DNA of 64,000 nt from Candidatus Babeliales bacterium (GTDB lineage: Bacteria; Babelota; Babeliae; Babelales; JACPOV01): NCBI GenBank assembly GCA_050250855.1, contig JBFWNW010000001.1, forward strand, positions 192,001 to 256,000, written 5' to 3'. How positions within the stretch are numbered: the stretch's first letter is position 1; each line of letters begins with the position of its first letter. Made by a program: the position numbers and the translations under genes. Below, piece after piece: positions 10,668 through 19,075 of the stretch. Under the pieces are notes generated by a model, which searched no databases, was not told the DNA's origin, and was given only the letters and a program-made list of their open reading frames with translations.

Positions 10668-11720
10668 CTAAGAGAAGAGATACTCTTTAATAATCCCTGT
10701 ACGCTCGGTGGGGTTATTTTTATCAATCAGTGCATCAAGGTGCTTATGCGGTGAGTCTTTTGTATAGTAATCTATAGGAGAGGTTATTTCATTGCATAAT
10801 CTTTGCCCGTGATCTAGTAAATGGGTTGTAAATTCTTGAGTCCATCTTTCTTTATGGTTTTCTAAAGCTTTTGTTTTGATAGTATTTTTGATCCAATCTG
10901 CTGGAAAGTAGTGCATAGAGGCAGTAAATGCGGATGGATTATTTTTGAGCATGAAAGCGAGCATGGAGGGTGAATAAATATCTTCTTCTGGTAAAAATGA
11001 AACTATATAATATTGAAGATCTAATGGCAGATCAAATGTTCGTTTGCAAGCACAAAGAAAGGTAAGAATTCTTTTGCTTTCTTTGGCCTGTTTAATTTTT
11101 TTAGGTGTAGTTTGATGGGGTGGGCTGAGTAAAAGAAGCGCTGCATAAACGTAAGATTCCTGTTGAATGGCTAACCGAAATGGAGACAGATTATTAGTAG
11201 CATATGAAGGAGCACCCCATGCAAGTAAGAGCTTTACAGTATCAATATCTCTTTTTTCAGGTTCTTTAAATTCTTGATTATGGAGTACTTGACATAAAGG
11301 AGGCTTAATATTGTCTATGGTGGTAGAAAGAGGTGCGTCATGCTCCAAAAAAACGGTTAGGGTAGCAGGGCTAATGCCATTTGGTGTAAGGATTATATTA
11401 AATCGTTCAAGAAATTCTTCTTGATTTTCTTTAAGAATATGAGCGCTGTGTTTAAAAATTTTATGAAGCAGTTCTGGATTGTTGCGGCTAGAAGAAAGAG
11501 CATCCCAGGTAAGAAAATACAGTAAATTATCATTGGTTATATTTCTTTCTAGTAATGCTTGTACTTTCTCTAAAGAGCCCTGCTTACTGCAGGCTTGTTG
11601 CATTTCTTGTACTAACTGATTATTATTTTCAATAAAATCTTTGATTCTAGTGTTGTGATCATACATTAAACTGAGCGGGGCATGCAATAGAAGAAGCATT
11701 ATTAAAACTAATTCTTTCAT
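10668..11720 (-). CDS. secreted ankyrin-like repeat protein with F-box-like motif
   Basis: Signal peptide; GSLEKVQALLE, DTVKLLLAWGA, SPFRLAIQQ ankyrin-like segments; LPLDLQYYIVSFL. Confidence 0.65.
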   Translation of the reverse strand: MKELVLIMLLLLHAPLSLMYDHNTRIKDFIENNNQLVQEMQQACSKQGSLEKVQALLERNITNDNLLYFLTWDALSSSRNNPELLHKIFKHSAHILKENQEEFLERFNIILTPNGISPATLTVFLEHDAPLSTTIDNIKPPLCQVLHNQEFKEPEKRDIDTVKLLLAWGAPSYATNNLSPFRLAIQQESYVYAALLLLSPPHQTTPKKIKQAKESKRILTFLCACKRTFDLPLDLQYYIVSFLPEEDIYSPSMLAFMLKNNPSAFTASMHYFPADWIKNTIKTKALENHKERWTQEFTTHLLDHGQRLCNEITSPIDYYTKDSPHKHLDALIDKNNPTERTGIIKEYLFS

Positions 11721-11732
11721 TAAAGGTCCTCA

Positions 11733-11760
11733 TTGCTTTGGCGTATAGAGCTGTTATACT
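11733..11760 (+). promoter_or_regulatory. sigma70-like promoter for ffh
   Basis: TTGCTT-N16-TATACT with TGn extended -10. Confidence 0.5.
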
Positions 11761-11814
11761 GAATAGTTCAAAATATACCTTTTTTTAACAAGAAATTTCA
11801 AGAAGGATGTCTCC

Positions 11815-13149
11815 ATGTTTGATTTTTTGGCCAATAAGCTTTCATCCGCTTTTTCTTTAATTACAGGACAAGGCTACCTTTCAGAAAAAAATATTCAAGA
11901 TACGTTTGCAAAATTACAAGAAGCTTTGCTGGAGGCAGATGTTCCTTATGCGGTAGTGGAAGCCTTTACCCAAGAATTAAAAGATGAAGTAATTGGGCAA
12001 AAAGTATTAAAATCATTAAAACCTAATGAGCAATTTATTACCTTAGCGCATAAAAAATTATCTGCATTTTTAGGAGGCACAGAATCTGCTTCTTGGCTTG
12101 CGGATCTTACGTTCAAAAAAAAACCAACCATATTCATGCTTATGGGCCTGCAGGGTTCAGGAAAAACAACCTCTCTTGCAAAACTTGCTCATAAAATTAA
12201 AACAGAAAAAAAGGTACAAAAAATTCTTTGCGCATCGGTTGATTTTTATCGTCCAGCAGCACTTGATCAGCTTGAAATCCTTGCAAAACAAGTCAAGATT
12301 GATTTTTACCGTGCTCAGGCGACAGCGCCTTTAAAAGCTGCGCATGAAATTGTGCAGTATGCGCGAAATAATAGCTATGATGTTTTATTGCTTGATACAG
12401 CAGGGCGCTTGCATGTTGATACTACTATGCTCCAAGAGTTAAGGTCTCTTGATTATGATCTGCAGCCAGAGCATAAATTGTTGGTACTTGATGCTATGAC
12501 AGGGCAGCAATCTTTGCAGGTAGCGCAAGCCTTTGAACAAACGGTTGGCTTTGAAGGAGCACTTCTTTCTAAAATTGATAGTGATACTAGAGCCGGTGCT
12601 GCTTTTGCCTTTGCTTATACCTTAAAAAAACCGATTCTTTTTTTAGGTATAGGGGAAAAGCCTGAGGATTTAGAAATTTTTAGGGCAGATCGTATTGCGG
12701 GACGCCTGATTGGCATGGGCGATATGGAGACGCTTTTAGAAAAAGCTGAGAAAACCATCAAGAAACATGAACAGCAAGAGGCTGAAAAAGCCTTTATGCA
12801 GGGTAAATTTACTTTGCATGATTTTGCAAAACAGATGGATATGATGAACCGTATGGGCTCTTTGAGTAGTATTATGCGCTTTATTCCCGGTATGAGCTCC
12901 CAAGCTATACCTGCTGATAAGATGCGGCAAGCGGAAACTGAGATGAAAAAGTTTAAAGCTATTATCGGGTCCATGACCCCCCGCGAGCGCCTCAATCATA
13001 AAATTTTACAGGGTTCACGCAAGCTGCGCATAGCAAAAGGGGCGGGTGTGCAGGTTTCTGATATTAATATTTTGTTGCAGAGATTTGAAGAAATGCAGCA
13101 ATTTGCTAAACTATTTAAGAAAATGGGCAATTTTCCAGGATTGCGCTAA
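11815..13149 (+). CDS. ffh: signal recognition particle protein
   Basis: ALLEADV, GLQGSGKTT, DTAGR, GMGD, M-domain SMTPRER. Confidence 0.96.
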   Translation: MFDFLANKLSSAFSLITGQGYLSEKNIQDTFAKLQEALLEADVPYAVVEAFTQELKDEVIGQKVLKSLKPNEQFITLAHKKLSAFLGGTESASWLADLTFKKKPTIFMLMGLQGSGKTTSLAKLAHKIKTEKKVQKILCASVDFYRPAALDQLEILAKQVKIDFYRAQATAPLKAAHEIVQYARNNSYDVLLLDTAGRLHVDTTMLQELRSLDYDLQPEHKLLVLDAMTGQQSLQVAQAFEQTVGFEGALLSKIDSDTRAGAAFAFAYTLKKPILFLGIGEKPEDLEIFRADRIAGRLIGMGDMETLLEKAEKTIKKHEQQEAEKAFMQGKFTLHDFAKQMDMMNRMGSLSSIMRFIPGMSSQAIPADKMRQAETEMKKFKAIIGSMTPRERLNHKILQGSRKLRIAKGAGVQVSDINILLQRFEEMQQFAKLFKKMGNFPGLR

Positions 13150-13234
13150 GACTCCCCCTTATACCCTCATAATGTGGTAGTTTTTAAAACAGGTGAATAC
13201 CAAGAAGGTATTCCAATGAAAGGATATTTTCATA

Positions 13235-13486
13235 ATGGCAGTTAAAATTCGTTTGTCTCGTATAGGCAAAAAAAATGCTCCTCAGTACCGTATAGTGGCT
13301 GTTGATGAGCGCAAAAAGCGTGATGGTGAGTATTTGGATAACCTTGGTACTTATGAGCCAATAGCGCATAAAATTGTTCAATTGCATGAAGACCGTATTA
13401 AAGACTGGCTCTCTAAAGGTGCAATTATGACTGATTCGGTAAAACGTATTATTAAACGACATCACGAGCAAGCGGCATCTAAATAA
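13235..13486 (+). CDS. rpsP: 30S ribosomal protein S16
   Basis: MAVKIRLSRIGKK..RDG..GTYEP. Confidence 0.97.
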   Translation: MAVKIRLSRIGKKNAPQYRIVAVDERKKRDGEYLDNLGTYEPIAHKIVQLHEDRIKDWLSKGAIMTDSVKRIIKRHHEQAASK

Positions 13487-13716
13487 TGATTAAACAACTT
13501 GTTGAGCATGCCATTAAAGAACTTGTTGATGAGCCATCAAAGGTTAATGTACAAGTTTTTCGTGATGGCCAAAAAACCATTACTGAAATTCGTGTTGCCG
13601 CAGATGATTTTAAACGAGTCATTGGTAAAGATGGCAGAATTATAAAATCGCTGCGTGCAATGATTGGTGCGGTTGATGGCGGTGATAATGATATTGTCAT
13701 TGATATAGCGCAATGA
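13486..13716 (+). CDS. khpA: KH-domain RNA-binding protein KhpA (YlqC)
   Basis: RVIGKDGRIIKSLR GxxG loop; follows rpsP. Confidence 0.88.
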   Translation: MIKQLVEHAIKELVDEPSKVNVQVFRDGQKTITEIRVAADDFKRVIGKDGRIIKSLRAMIGAVDGGDNDIVIDIAQ

Positions 13717-15008
13717 ACATTTCAATTGTTTCTGTTTTCCCAGAACTTTATCAACCATTTTTTTCTACAAGCCTTTTAAAGCGTGTGCAAGAAAAAGGAA
13801 TAATCAGCTTTGATGTAGCTGATTATTTTTCTTTTGTTGCACCAAAAGAGCGTATTGATGCTCCTTCATTTGGGCCTGGTGCTGGTATGTTGCTCAGACC
13901 TGAAGTAGTGCAAAAAGCTATTGAGTCACAAGAAGGGAAATTCGGAAAATCTTTTAAGATTTTCTTTTCTCCCCAGGGCAAGAAAGTTGACCAAAGCTTA
14001 CTCAAAACTTTAGCGCCTACTCTTATGCAGCAAAAACATATTATGTTGATGCCTGCTCGGTATGAAGGCATGGATAGTCGCGTTGAAGAGCATTATGCAG
14101 ATCTTGTTCTTTCTGTAGGTGATTTTGTAGTAATGGGCGGAGATATCCCAGCAATGCTTTTTTTAGAAGGTATGCTGCGTCTTATTCCTGATGTAGTAGG
14201 AAAACAAGAATCAGTTGAACGAGATTCATTTATGGGGCCATTTGTTGATTATCCAGAATATACAGAGCCTCTTGAATGGCAAGGAATGAAAGTTCCTGAA
14301 ATAATTAGATCTGGCCATCATGCAGCTATTGAGCAGTGGCGCCAAGAGCAGGCAGCGCAAAAAACAGTATTGCATCACTTTGATTGGCTTCGTTCCAAGG
14401 TTGCCACGCAAGAGCAAAAAAAGCTTGCAGAGCGTTTTATTCCTGCTCATTATGCGGCCCTTATGCATTCTGATGTAGTTCTTGGGCCAGAGCAGGTGGG
14501 AGCTTCTTCGGTAACTTCTATTGATATTCATGATGGCAGTCGCTCGTGCAAGACCTATGGCTTGAAAAACTATTTTATAGTTACCCCGTTAAAAGATCAG
14601 CAAGCGATCGTAAGAACCCTGCTTGATTTTTGGCATGGCAGTCAGGGGCAAGATTATAATCCGTCACGAGCAAAAGCGGTAAAGCAGGTTGAGTTGGTTA
14701 GTACTTTGGATGAAGTGCTTGCGGCTATAGAAAAAAAAGAGGGGAAGAAGCCTCTTTTGATAGCGACATCAGCAAAAAGAACAGATGGTCGTCTTGTTCA
14801 TTATTTTGACCAAGAAAAAGTCTGGGCACAGAGCCGACCAATTTTACTTCTTTTTGGTACCGCTAAAGGTCTTTCTAAGGCTGTTCTTGATCGTTGTGAT
14901 TATATTTTGGGCCCGATTGAAGGTTTTTCTGATTTTAATCATCTTTCAGTGCGTTCAGCTATGGCTGTGGTCTTGGATCGCTGGTTGGGGATTAATATCA
15001 AAGAATAG
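13713..15008 (+). CDS. trmD: tRNA (m1G37) methyltransferase TrmD fused to a C-terminal TM1570/DUF2168 SPOUT methyltransferase
   Basis: FGPGAGM, RYEGMDSRV, SVGDFVVMGG, YPEYTEP; C-half TSIDIHD..TYG, FGTAKGL, FNHLSVRSA. Confidence 0.92.
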   Translation: MNISIVSVFPELYQPFFSTSLLKRVQEKGIISFDVADYFSFVAPKERIDAPSFGPGAGMLLRPEVVQKAIESQEGKFGKSFKIFFSPQGKKVDQSLLKTLAPTLMQQKHIMLMPARYEGMDSRVEEHYADLVLSVGDFVVMGGDIPAMLFLEGMLRLIPDVVGKQESVERDSFMGPFVDYPEYTEPLEWQGMKVPEIIRSGHHAAIEQWRQEQAAQKTVLHHFDWLRSKVATQEQKKLAERFIPAHYAALMHSDVVLGPEQVGASSVTSIDIHDGSRSCKTYGLKNYFIVTPLKDQQAIVRTLLDFWHGSQGQDYNPSRAKAVKQVELVSTLDEVLAAIEKKEGKKPLLIATSAKRTDGRLVHYFDQEKVWAQSRPILLLFGTAKGLSKAVLDRCDYILGPIEGFSDFNHLSVRSAMAVVLDRWLGINIKE

Positions 15009-15115
15009 ATTGGCAGGTTGCTTTTTTTGCGCTACAATGAAATGTATGCATATTTTTGAAGTTATAATATTACCCTAAAGCTAGGGTATTTTTAGGTGAT
15101 TTTGAGGGAAACTCT

Positions 15116-15550
15116 ATGAAAGCACAAAAATTTACTAAAGAAACAATTCGTTCTCTAGGGACACGAGATCTTAATTTTCCAGCATTTGGCGTAGGCGATG
15201 TTATTGCTGTTTCTCAGCGTATTGCTGAAGGCGATAAAGAACGTATTCAGATTTTTGAAGGTGACGTTATTGCTATGCGTAAAAATGGCGCTTCAAGTAC
15301 GTTTACTGTTCGTAAAATAAGCGCAAATGCTGTTTCTGTTGAAAAAATATTTCCTTTCTATTCTCCTATGATTGCGGGTGTTAAATTTATTCGCAAAGGA
15401 AAGGCGCGTAGAGCTAAATTGTATTACATGAGAAATCGTATCGGTAAAGCTGCTCGCGTACAAGAAGTAATTCAAACTAAAGAAGAAAAAGCGGCACAAG
15501 CGTCAATGACTTCTTCATTTAAAGAAGCTTCGCAAGCTGCAGCTGAATAA
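15116..15550 (+). CDS. rplS: 50S ribosomal protein L19
   Basis: ERIQIFEG, TFTVRK, RRAKLYYMR. Confidence 0.97.
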   Translation: MKAQKFTKETIRSLGTRDLNFPAFGVGDVIAVSQRIAEGDKERIQIFEGDVIAMRKNGASSTFTVRKISANAVSVEKIFPFYSPMIAGVKFIRKGKARRAKLYYMRNRIGKAARVQEVIQTKEEKAAQASMTSSFKEASQAAAE

Positions 15551-15573
15551 TCTTTATTAGTGGGATAGGAGTA

Positions 15574-15978
15574 ATGAGGCACTTCTCTTATATAATACTT
15601 TTTTTAAGTATACTTCTTTGTTTGAGTAGCTGTAATTCTCGCAAATTAGTATCTTCTCAATCTGATACGTGGACTTGTAAAGAAGCGCAACTGTTTGACG
15701 TTCCTATTCCCATAGATGCAAAGCCAGAAAAAAAACAAGGTGAAGAAGAGCCAGTCAAAGGATCTTGTTTTGAAGTATCATTTCGTTCGGGGCTTACATT
15801 GTCTGACGTTATTCTTTTTTATCAGCAGGAAATGGAGCGCCTAGGTTGGGCAGAGTATATTTCTTTTGTAGGGTGCCAAGCAAACTTAATATTTGAAAAA
15901 CCATCAAAAATAGTTTCTATAGCCATTATTCCTACCAAGAAAGATCTTCGTATTACTATTTTTCAACAAGCAAGGTAA
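15574..15978 (+). CDS. putative lipoprotein
   Basis: Hydrophobic signal with LSSC lipobox; FYQQEMERLGW motif. Confidence 0.7.
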   Translation: MRHFSYIILFLSILLCLSSCNSRKLVSSQSDTWTCKEAQLFDVPIPIDAKPEKKQGEEEPVKGSCFEVSFRSGLTLSDVILFYQQEMERLGWAEYISFVGCQANLIFEKPSKIVSIAIIPTKKDLRITIFQQAR

Positions 15979-15987
15979 ACGTAATAC

Positions 15988-16467
15988 TTATTGATTTATA
16001 GGTGTACCAAAGGTAGAAAATCCTGAGTCAGATCCAATATCAGAAAGTGTTGATTCATTGCCGTTTCCATTTGATGAATAGGATTGGTATCTTCCGAATC
16101 TGCGTCTTTTAGAGCTATTTTGTTGGTCTTGCAAATCTTGAATTTGACGTTGTTGTTCTTGAATTTGGCGCTGTTGATCTTGAATCATTCTTTGTTGATC
16201 TGCAAGTTGAGATGCTGTAGGTGTTGCAGAAGCTTGCGCTTGTGGTTGAACGTATACAGGTCTTTCAACAACACGTTCGACAACAACTGGCTCTCTATAA
16301 CGTCTACGTGAATTAGAGATAGCAGATCCTAGCAATGCACCACCGACAAAACCACCAATGGTTCCACCAGCTATAGCACCGCCGCTACCAGCATGTACCG
16401 GTTTTTCTGAAAGACAGATCATAGCAGTTAATGCAATAAAGATAAGATTTTTAATACATTTTTTCAT
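15988..16467 (-). CDS. secreted glycine-zipper / Gln-rich coiled-coil protein
   Basis: Signal peptide ending VHA, GGAIAGGTIGGFVGGALLG, QQRQIQ heptads. Confidence 0.75.
   Translation of the reverse strand: MKKCIKNLIFIALTAMICLSEKPVHAGSGGAIAGGTIGGFVGGALLGSAISNSRRRYREPVVVERVVERPVYVQPQAQASATPTASQLADQQRMIQDQQRQIQEQQRQIQDLQDQQNSSKRRRFGRYQSYSSNGNGNESTLSDIGSDSGFSTFGTPINQ
16136..16198 (-). repeat. 3x imperfect 21-bp in-frame tandem repeat
   Basis: tcttgaatttgacgttgttgt / tcttgaatttggcgctgttga / tcttgaatcattctttgttga encoding (D/E)QQRxIQ heptads. Confidence 0.7.
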
Positions 16468-16560
16468 TTATTTACTCCCTCATTGAATTTATATCCTTAG
16501 ATTAAATTATTTCATGTAGAAAAATCAATGGTTTTTTATTAATAAAATAAATATTTTATA

Positions 16561-16593
16561 AAAAATAAGCCCCTGTCAAAAAGACGGGGGCTT
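16561..16593 (-). terminator. intrinsic terminator
   Basis: AAGCCCCCGTC-TTTTT-GACAGGGGCTT then ATTTTT, downstream of 16617..16967. Confidence 0.7.
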
Positions 16594-16616
16594 GATAGTT
16601 ATTTTTAAAATTAAAG

Positions 16617-16967
16617 CTATGACAATTTTTTTGCTTGTTTTTCAAGCTTTTCTTCTAAGCGAGCAACAGATTTTTTGAGTGATCTGATATCCCGTTTAAG
16701 CTCTCTATTTTCTTGCATAAGATCGCTATTTTCATCTTCAAGCTGAGAAATTTTGGATTCTAGGCTTTTAACTTCACAGGGGGTTACATATACTGTTTTG
16801 GGAACCTTTACAACTTCTACATAACGAGTACATGGCTTGCTTAGTTGGCTTCCGATAAAACCTGTTGCTGCGCCAGTTGCAAAACCACCAAAGAATGAAC
16901 CTGGTCCAGCCTGAACTGCAGGTATAAATGCTAGGCCAAACGGTATGGTTATCATTAATTTTTTCAT
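16617..16967 (-). CDS. secreted glycine-zipper / coiled-coil protein
   Basis: Signal peptide ending VQA, GGFATGAATGFIG, C-terminal leucine-zipper heptads. Confidence 0.75.
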   Translation of the reverse strand: MKKLMITIPFGLAFIPAVQAGPGSFFGGFATGAATGFIGSQLSKPCTRYVEVVKVPKTVYVTPCEVKSLESKISQLEDENSDLMQENRELKRDIRSLKKSVARLEEKLEKQAKKLS

Positions 16968-17127
16968 AGTAAACCTCTCATTAATTCTGAATTATTCTAT
17001 CTGTAAATAAGAATAGCCTTGATTTAGAAAAGAGTCAAACGGGTAAAAATGAGAAAAACCCTTTATTTTAGGCTTTAAACTAGGTTAAACTAAGAGAAGT
17101 ATGAGTAAAATTGGCATAAAAAGTTTA

Positions 17128-17229
17128 CCGTTCGAATGCTTCGACAGGCTCAGCACGAACGGTTGTGATATAATTGCTTATTTATTCCGTTCGCCCTGAG
17201 CTCGTCGAAGGGTGCGAATGCAAAATATG
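17128..17229. repeat. REP-like palindromic element, copy 2
   Basis: ccgttcgaatgcttcgacaggctcagcacgaacgg-spacer-ccgttcgccctgagctcgtcgaagggtgcgaatgcaaaatatg. Confidence 0.8.
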
Positions 17230-17272
17230 GTTTTGTGAATTTTGCGATAAGCTTGAAAAAAAGGAAAAAACT

Positions 17273-17563
17273 ATGTCTAAAAAATTATGGAGTCACGATG
17301 TGACTCGCAATGAATCTGAATCTGCACATTTTTTACCTGAAGGTCTTTTTAATAAATCGGCGCAGGATATTGCGCAAGGTTTAAAAAAAGCAGTTCATGA
17401 GCGTTTTAAAGCCGAAGGTCTTGATGCAAGTGGTGAGTATAGATCAGCTATGTCTATGCTTGATTTTTATATAAATCGAGCAGGGAAGAATTTAACTGAT
17501 TTAGATCGCAAACGCCTTGAAGCAGCAAAAGCTCAGCTTAAAAATCTTTTTGGAAAAGCATAA
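17273..17563 (+). CDS. DUF3175-family protein
   Basis: WSHDVT..., RSAMSMLDFYINRAGKNL; true start ATG 17273 behind AAGGA, as the upstream extension lies in the repeat. Confidence 0.82.
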   Translation: MSKKLWSHDVTRNESESAHFLPEGLFNKSAQDIAQGLKKAVHERFKAEGLDASGEYRSAMSMLDFYINRAGKNLTDLDRKRLEAAKAQLKNLFGKA

Positions 17564-17572
17564 CTCTTTTTT

Positions 17573-19009
17573 TCATAAAAGAGTTCTTGCAACTTCTGGC
17601 TGCGTTGGTAGTGGCTCTGCACAAAGCTGAGTAGCAAGTTTGTTTATTTTTCCTGCTCCTTGAAAAAGCACGAGATCATTTGGTTTTATAACAGTATCTA
17701 ATACTTTTATCATTGCTGAAAAATCCTGCTCGTAAGGAACATAGGTAACCGAACAGATAGGATTTTTTTTCAGAATTGCATTGGTGAAAATCTCAGATGA
17801 AATTCCTGGAATGGATGCTTCGCTTGCAGGATAAATATCCGTTATGATCAGGTGATCTATCTGGTGCGTTAAAAAAATGTGTATAAAAAAATCCCAAAGA
17901 TGCTGCGTGCGTGTATAGCGATGTGGTTGAAAAATAACGATCAATTTATTTTTTTTTCTTCGTTCAGCAACAAAAAGAGTTTGATTAATTTCCTCCGGGT
18001 GATGGCCATAATCATCAAAAAGCTCAGCTCCGCGGTAGATTCCTTTAAAGGTAAAGCGTCTATCAATGCCACCAAAATTAAGCAGAGCATTGCTTATTGT
18101 TTCAAACGATATATCAAGATCACGGGAAACAGCTATAGCCGCAAGAGCATTTAAAACATTGTGTTTTCCAGGCATCATAAATTTTACTGTTCCTAAAGGC
18201 TGAGTGCTACCTTTTTCATAAACGGTAAAGATAGAGTGATCAGGATTGAGGGTAATATCTTTTGCAAAAATGTCAGCGTATTCTTCTTGAGCGCCATATT
18301 TGATAGTTTTTATGTGAGGCAGTGGTAATAATGATCTGATATTTTCATTATCACTGCATAAAAATGCTTTACCGTAAAAAGGCAGATTATTTAAAAACTG
18401 TAGAAAAGTATTTTTAACATCATCAAGGTCTTTGTATGTTTCTAGATGCTCTAAATCAATATTGGTTATTACTGCTAATGTTGCTTGCAATGAAAGCAAT
18501 GAACGATCACTTTCATCTGCTTCTGCAACTAAAAAATCGCCGGCACCAAAACGAGCATTAGTAGAAATATTTTTCAGGTGGCCGCCAATAATAACCGTGG
18601 GGTCTTTCTTTGCTTCTATGAGGATGTGTGAAATTAAAGAAGTTGTTGTTGTTTTGCCATGAGCACCCGCAATAGCAATACTATATTTTGTGCGCATAAG
18701 TTCTGCAAGCATAAGAGCTCTGCCAATGGTGGGAATACCACGTTTTTGAGCGTCAATTATTTCTGGATTATTTGCTTTTATGGCAGATGAATAGACAACA
18801 ATATCAATAGAAGCATCTTTACACTGAGTATTATTATTTCCTTGATATATTGAGCAACCAATGTGCTGTAAATCTTGTATGCTTTTTTGCTGTAAATCGC
18901 TGTCACATCCGGATATAGTAAATCCTTGATATTTTAAAATAGTTGCTATACCGCTCATACCAATGCCGCCTATGCCAATAAAATGAATATGAGCCTTTTT
19001 TTTATACAT
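17573..19009 (-). CDS. murC: UDP-N-acetylmuramate--L-alanine ligase
   Basis: HFIGIGGIGMSG, GAHGKTTT, EADESD, DDYGHHP, FQPHRYTRT. Confidence 0.97.
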   Translation of the reverse strand: MYKKKAHIHFIGIGGIGMSGIATILKYQGFTISGCDSDLQQKSIQDLQHIGCSIYQGNNNTQCKDASIDIVVYSSAIKANNPEIIDAQKRGIPTIGRALMLAELMRTKYSIAIAGAHGKTTTTSLISHILIEAKKDPTVIIGGHLKNISTNARFGAGDFLVAEADESDRSLLSLQATLAVITNIDLEHLETYKDLDDVKNTFLQFLNNLPFYGKAFLCSDNENIRSLLPLPHIKTIKYGAQEEYADIFAKDITLNPDHSIFTVYEKGSTQPLGTVKFMMPGKHNVLNALAAIAVSRDLDISFETISNALLNFGGIDRRFTFKGIYRGAELFDDYGHHPEEINQTLFVAERRKKNKLIVIFQPHRYTRTQHLWDFFIHIFLTHQIDHLIITDIYPASEASIPGISSEIFTNAILKKNPICSVTYVPYEQDFSAMIKVLDTVIKPNDLVLFQGAGKINKLATQLCAEPLPTQPEVARTLL

Positions 19010-19075
19010 TATATTCCTTATTTAATTTTTTGATTTTTTTACTTTAGCAAAAAAGAGTTTTTCAAACAATCTTGA

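Noticed and set aside
10555..17229. Repeats as a CRISPR array
   Set aside because: Only two dispersed inverted doublets, no regularly spaced direct repeats, no cas genes
17174..17272. N-terminal extension (MLIYSVRPELVEG...) of ORF 17174..17563
   Set aside because: It is a translation of the REP-like repeat; family similarity and RBS start at ATG 17273
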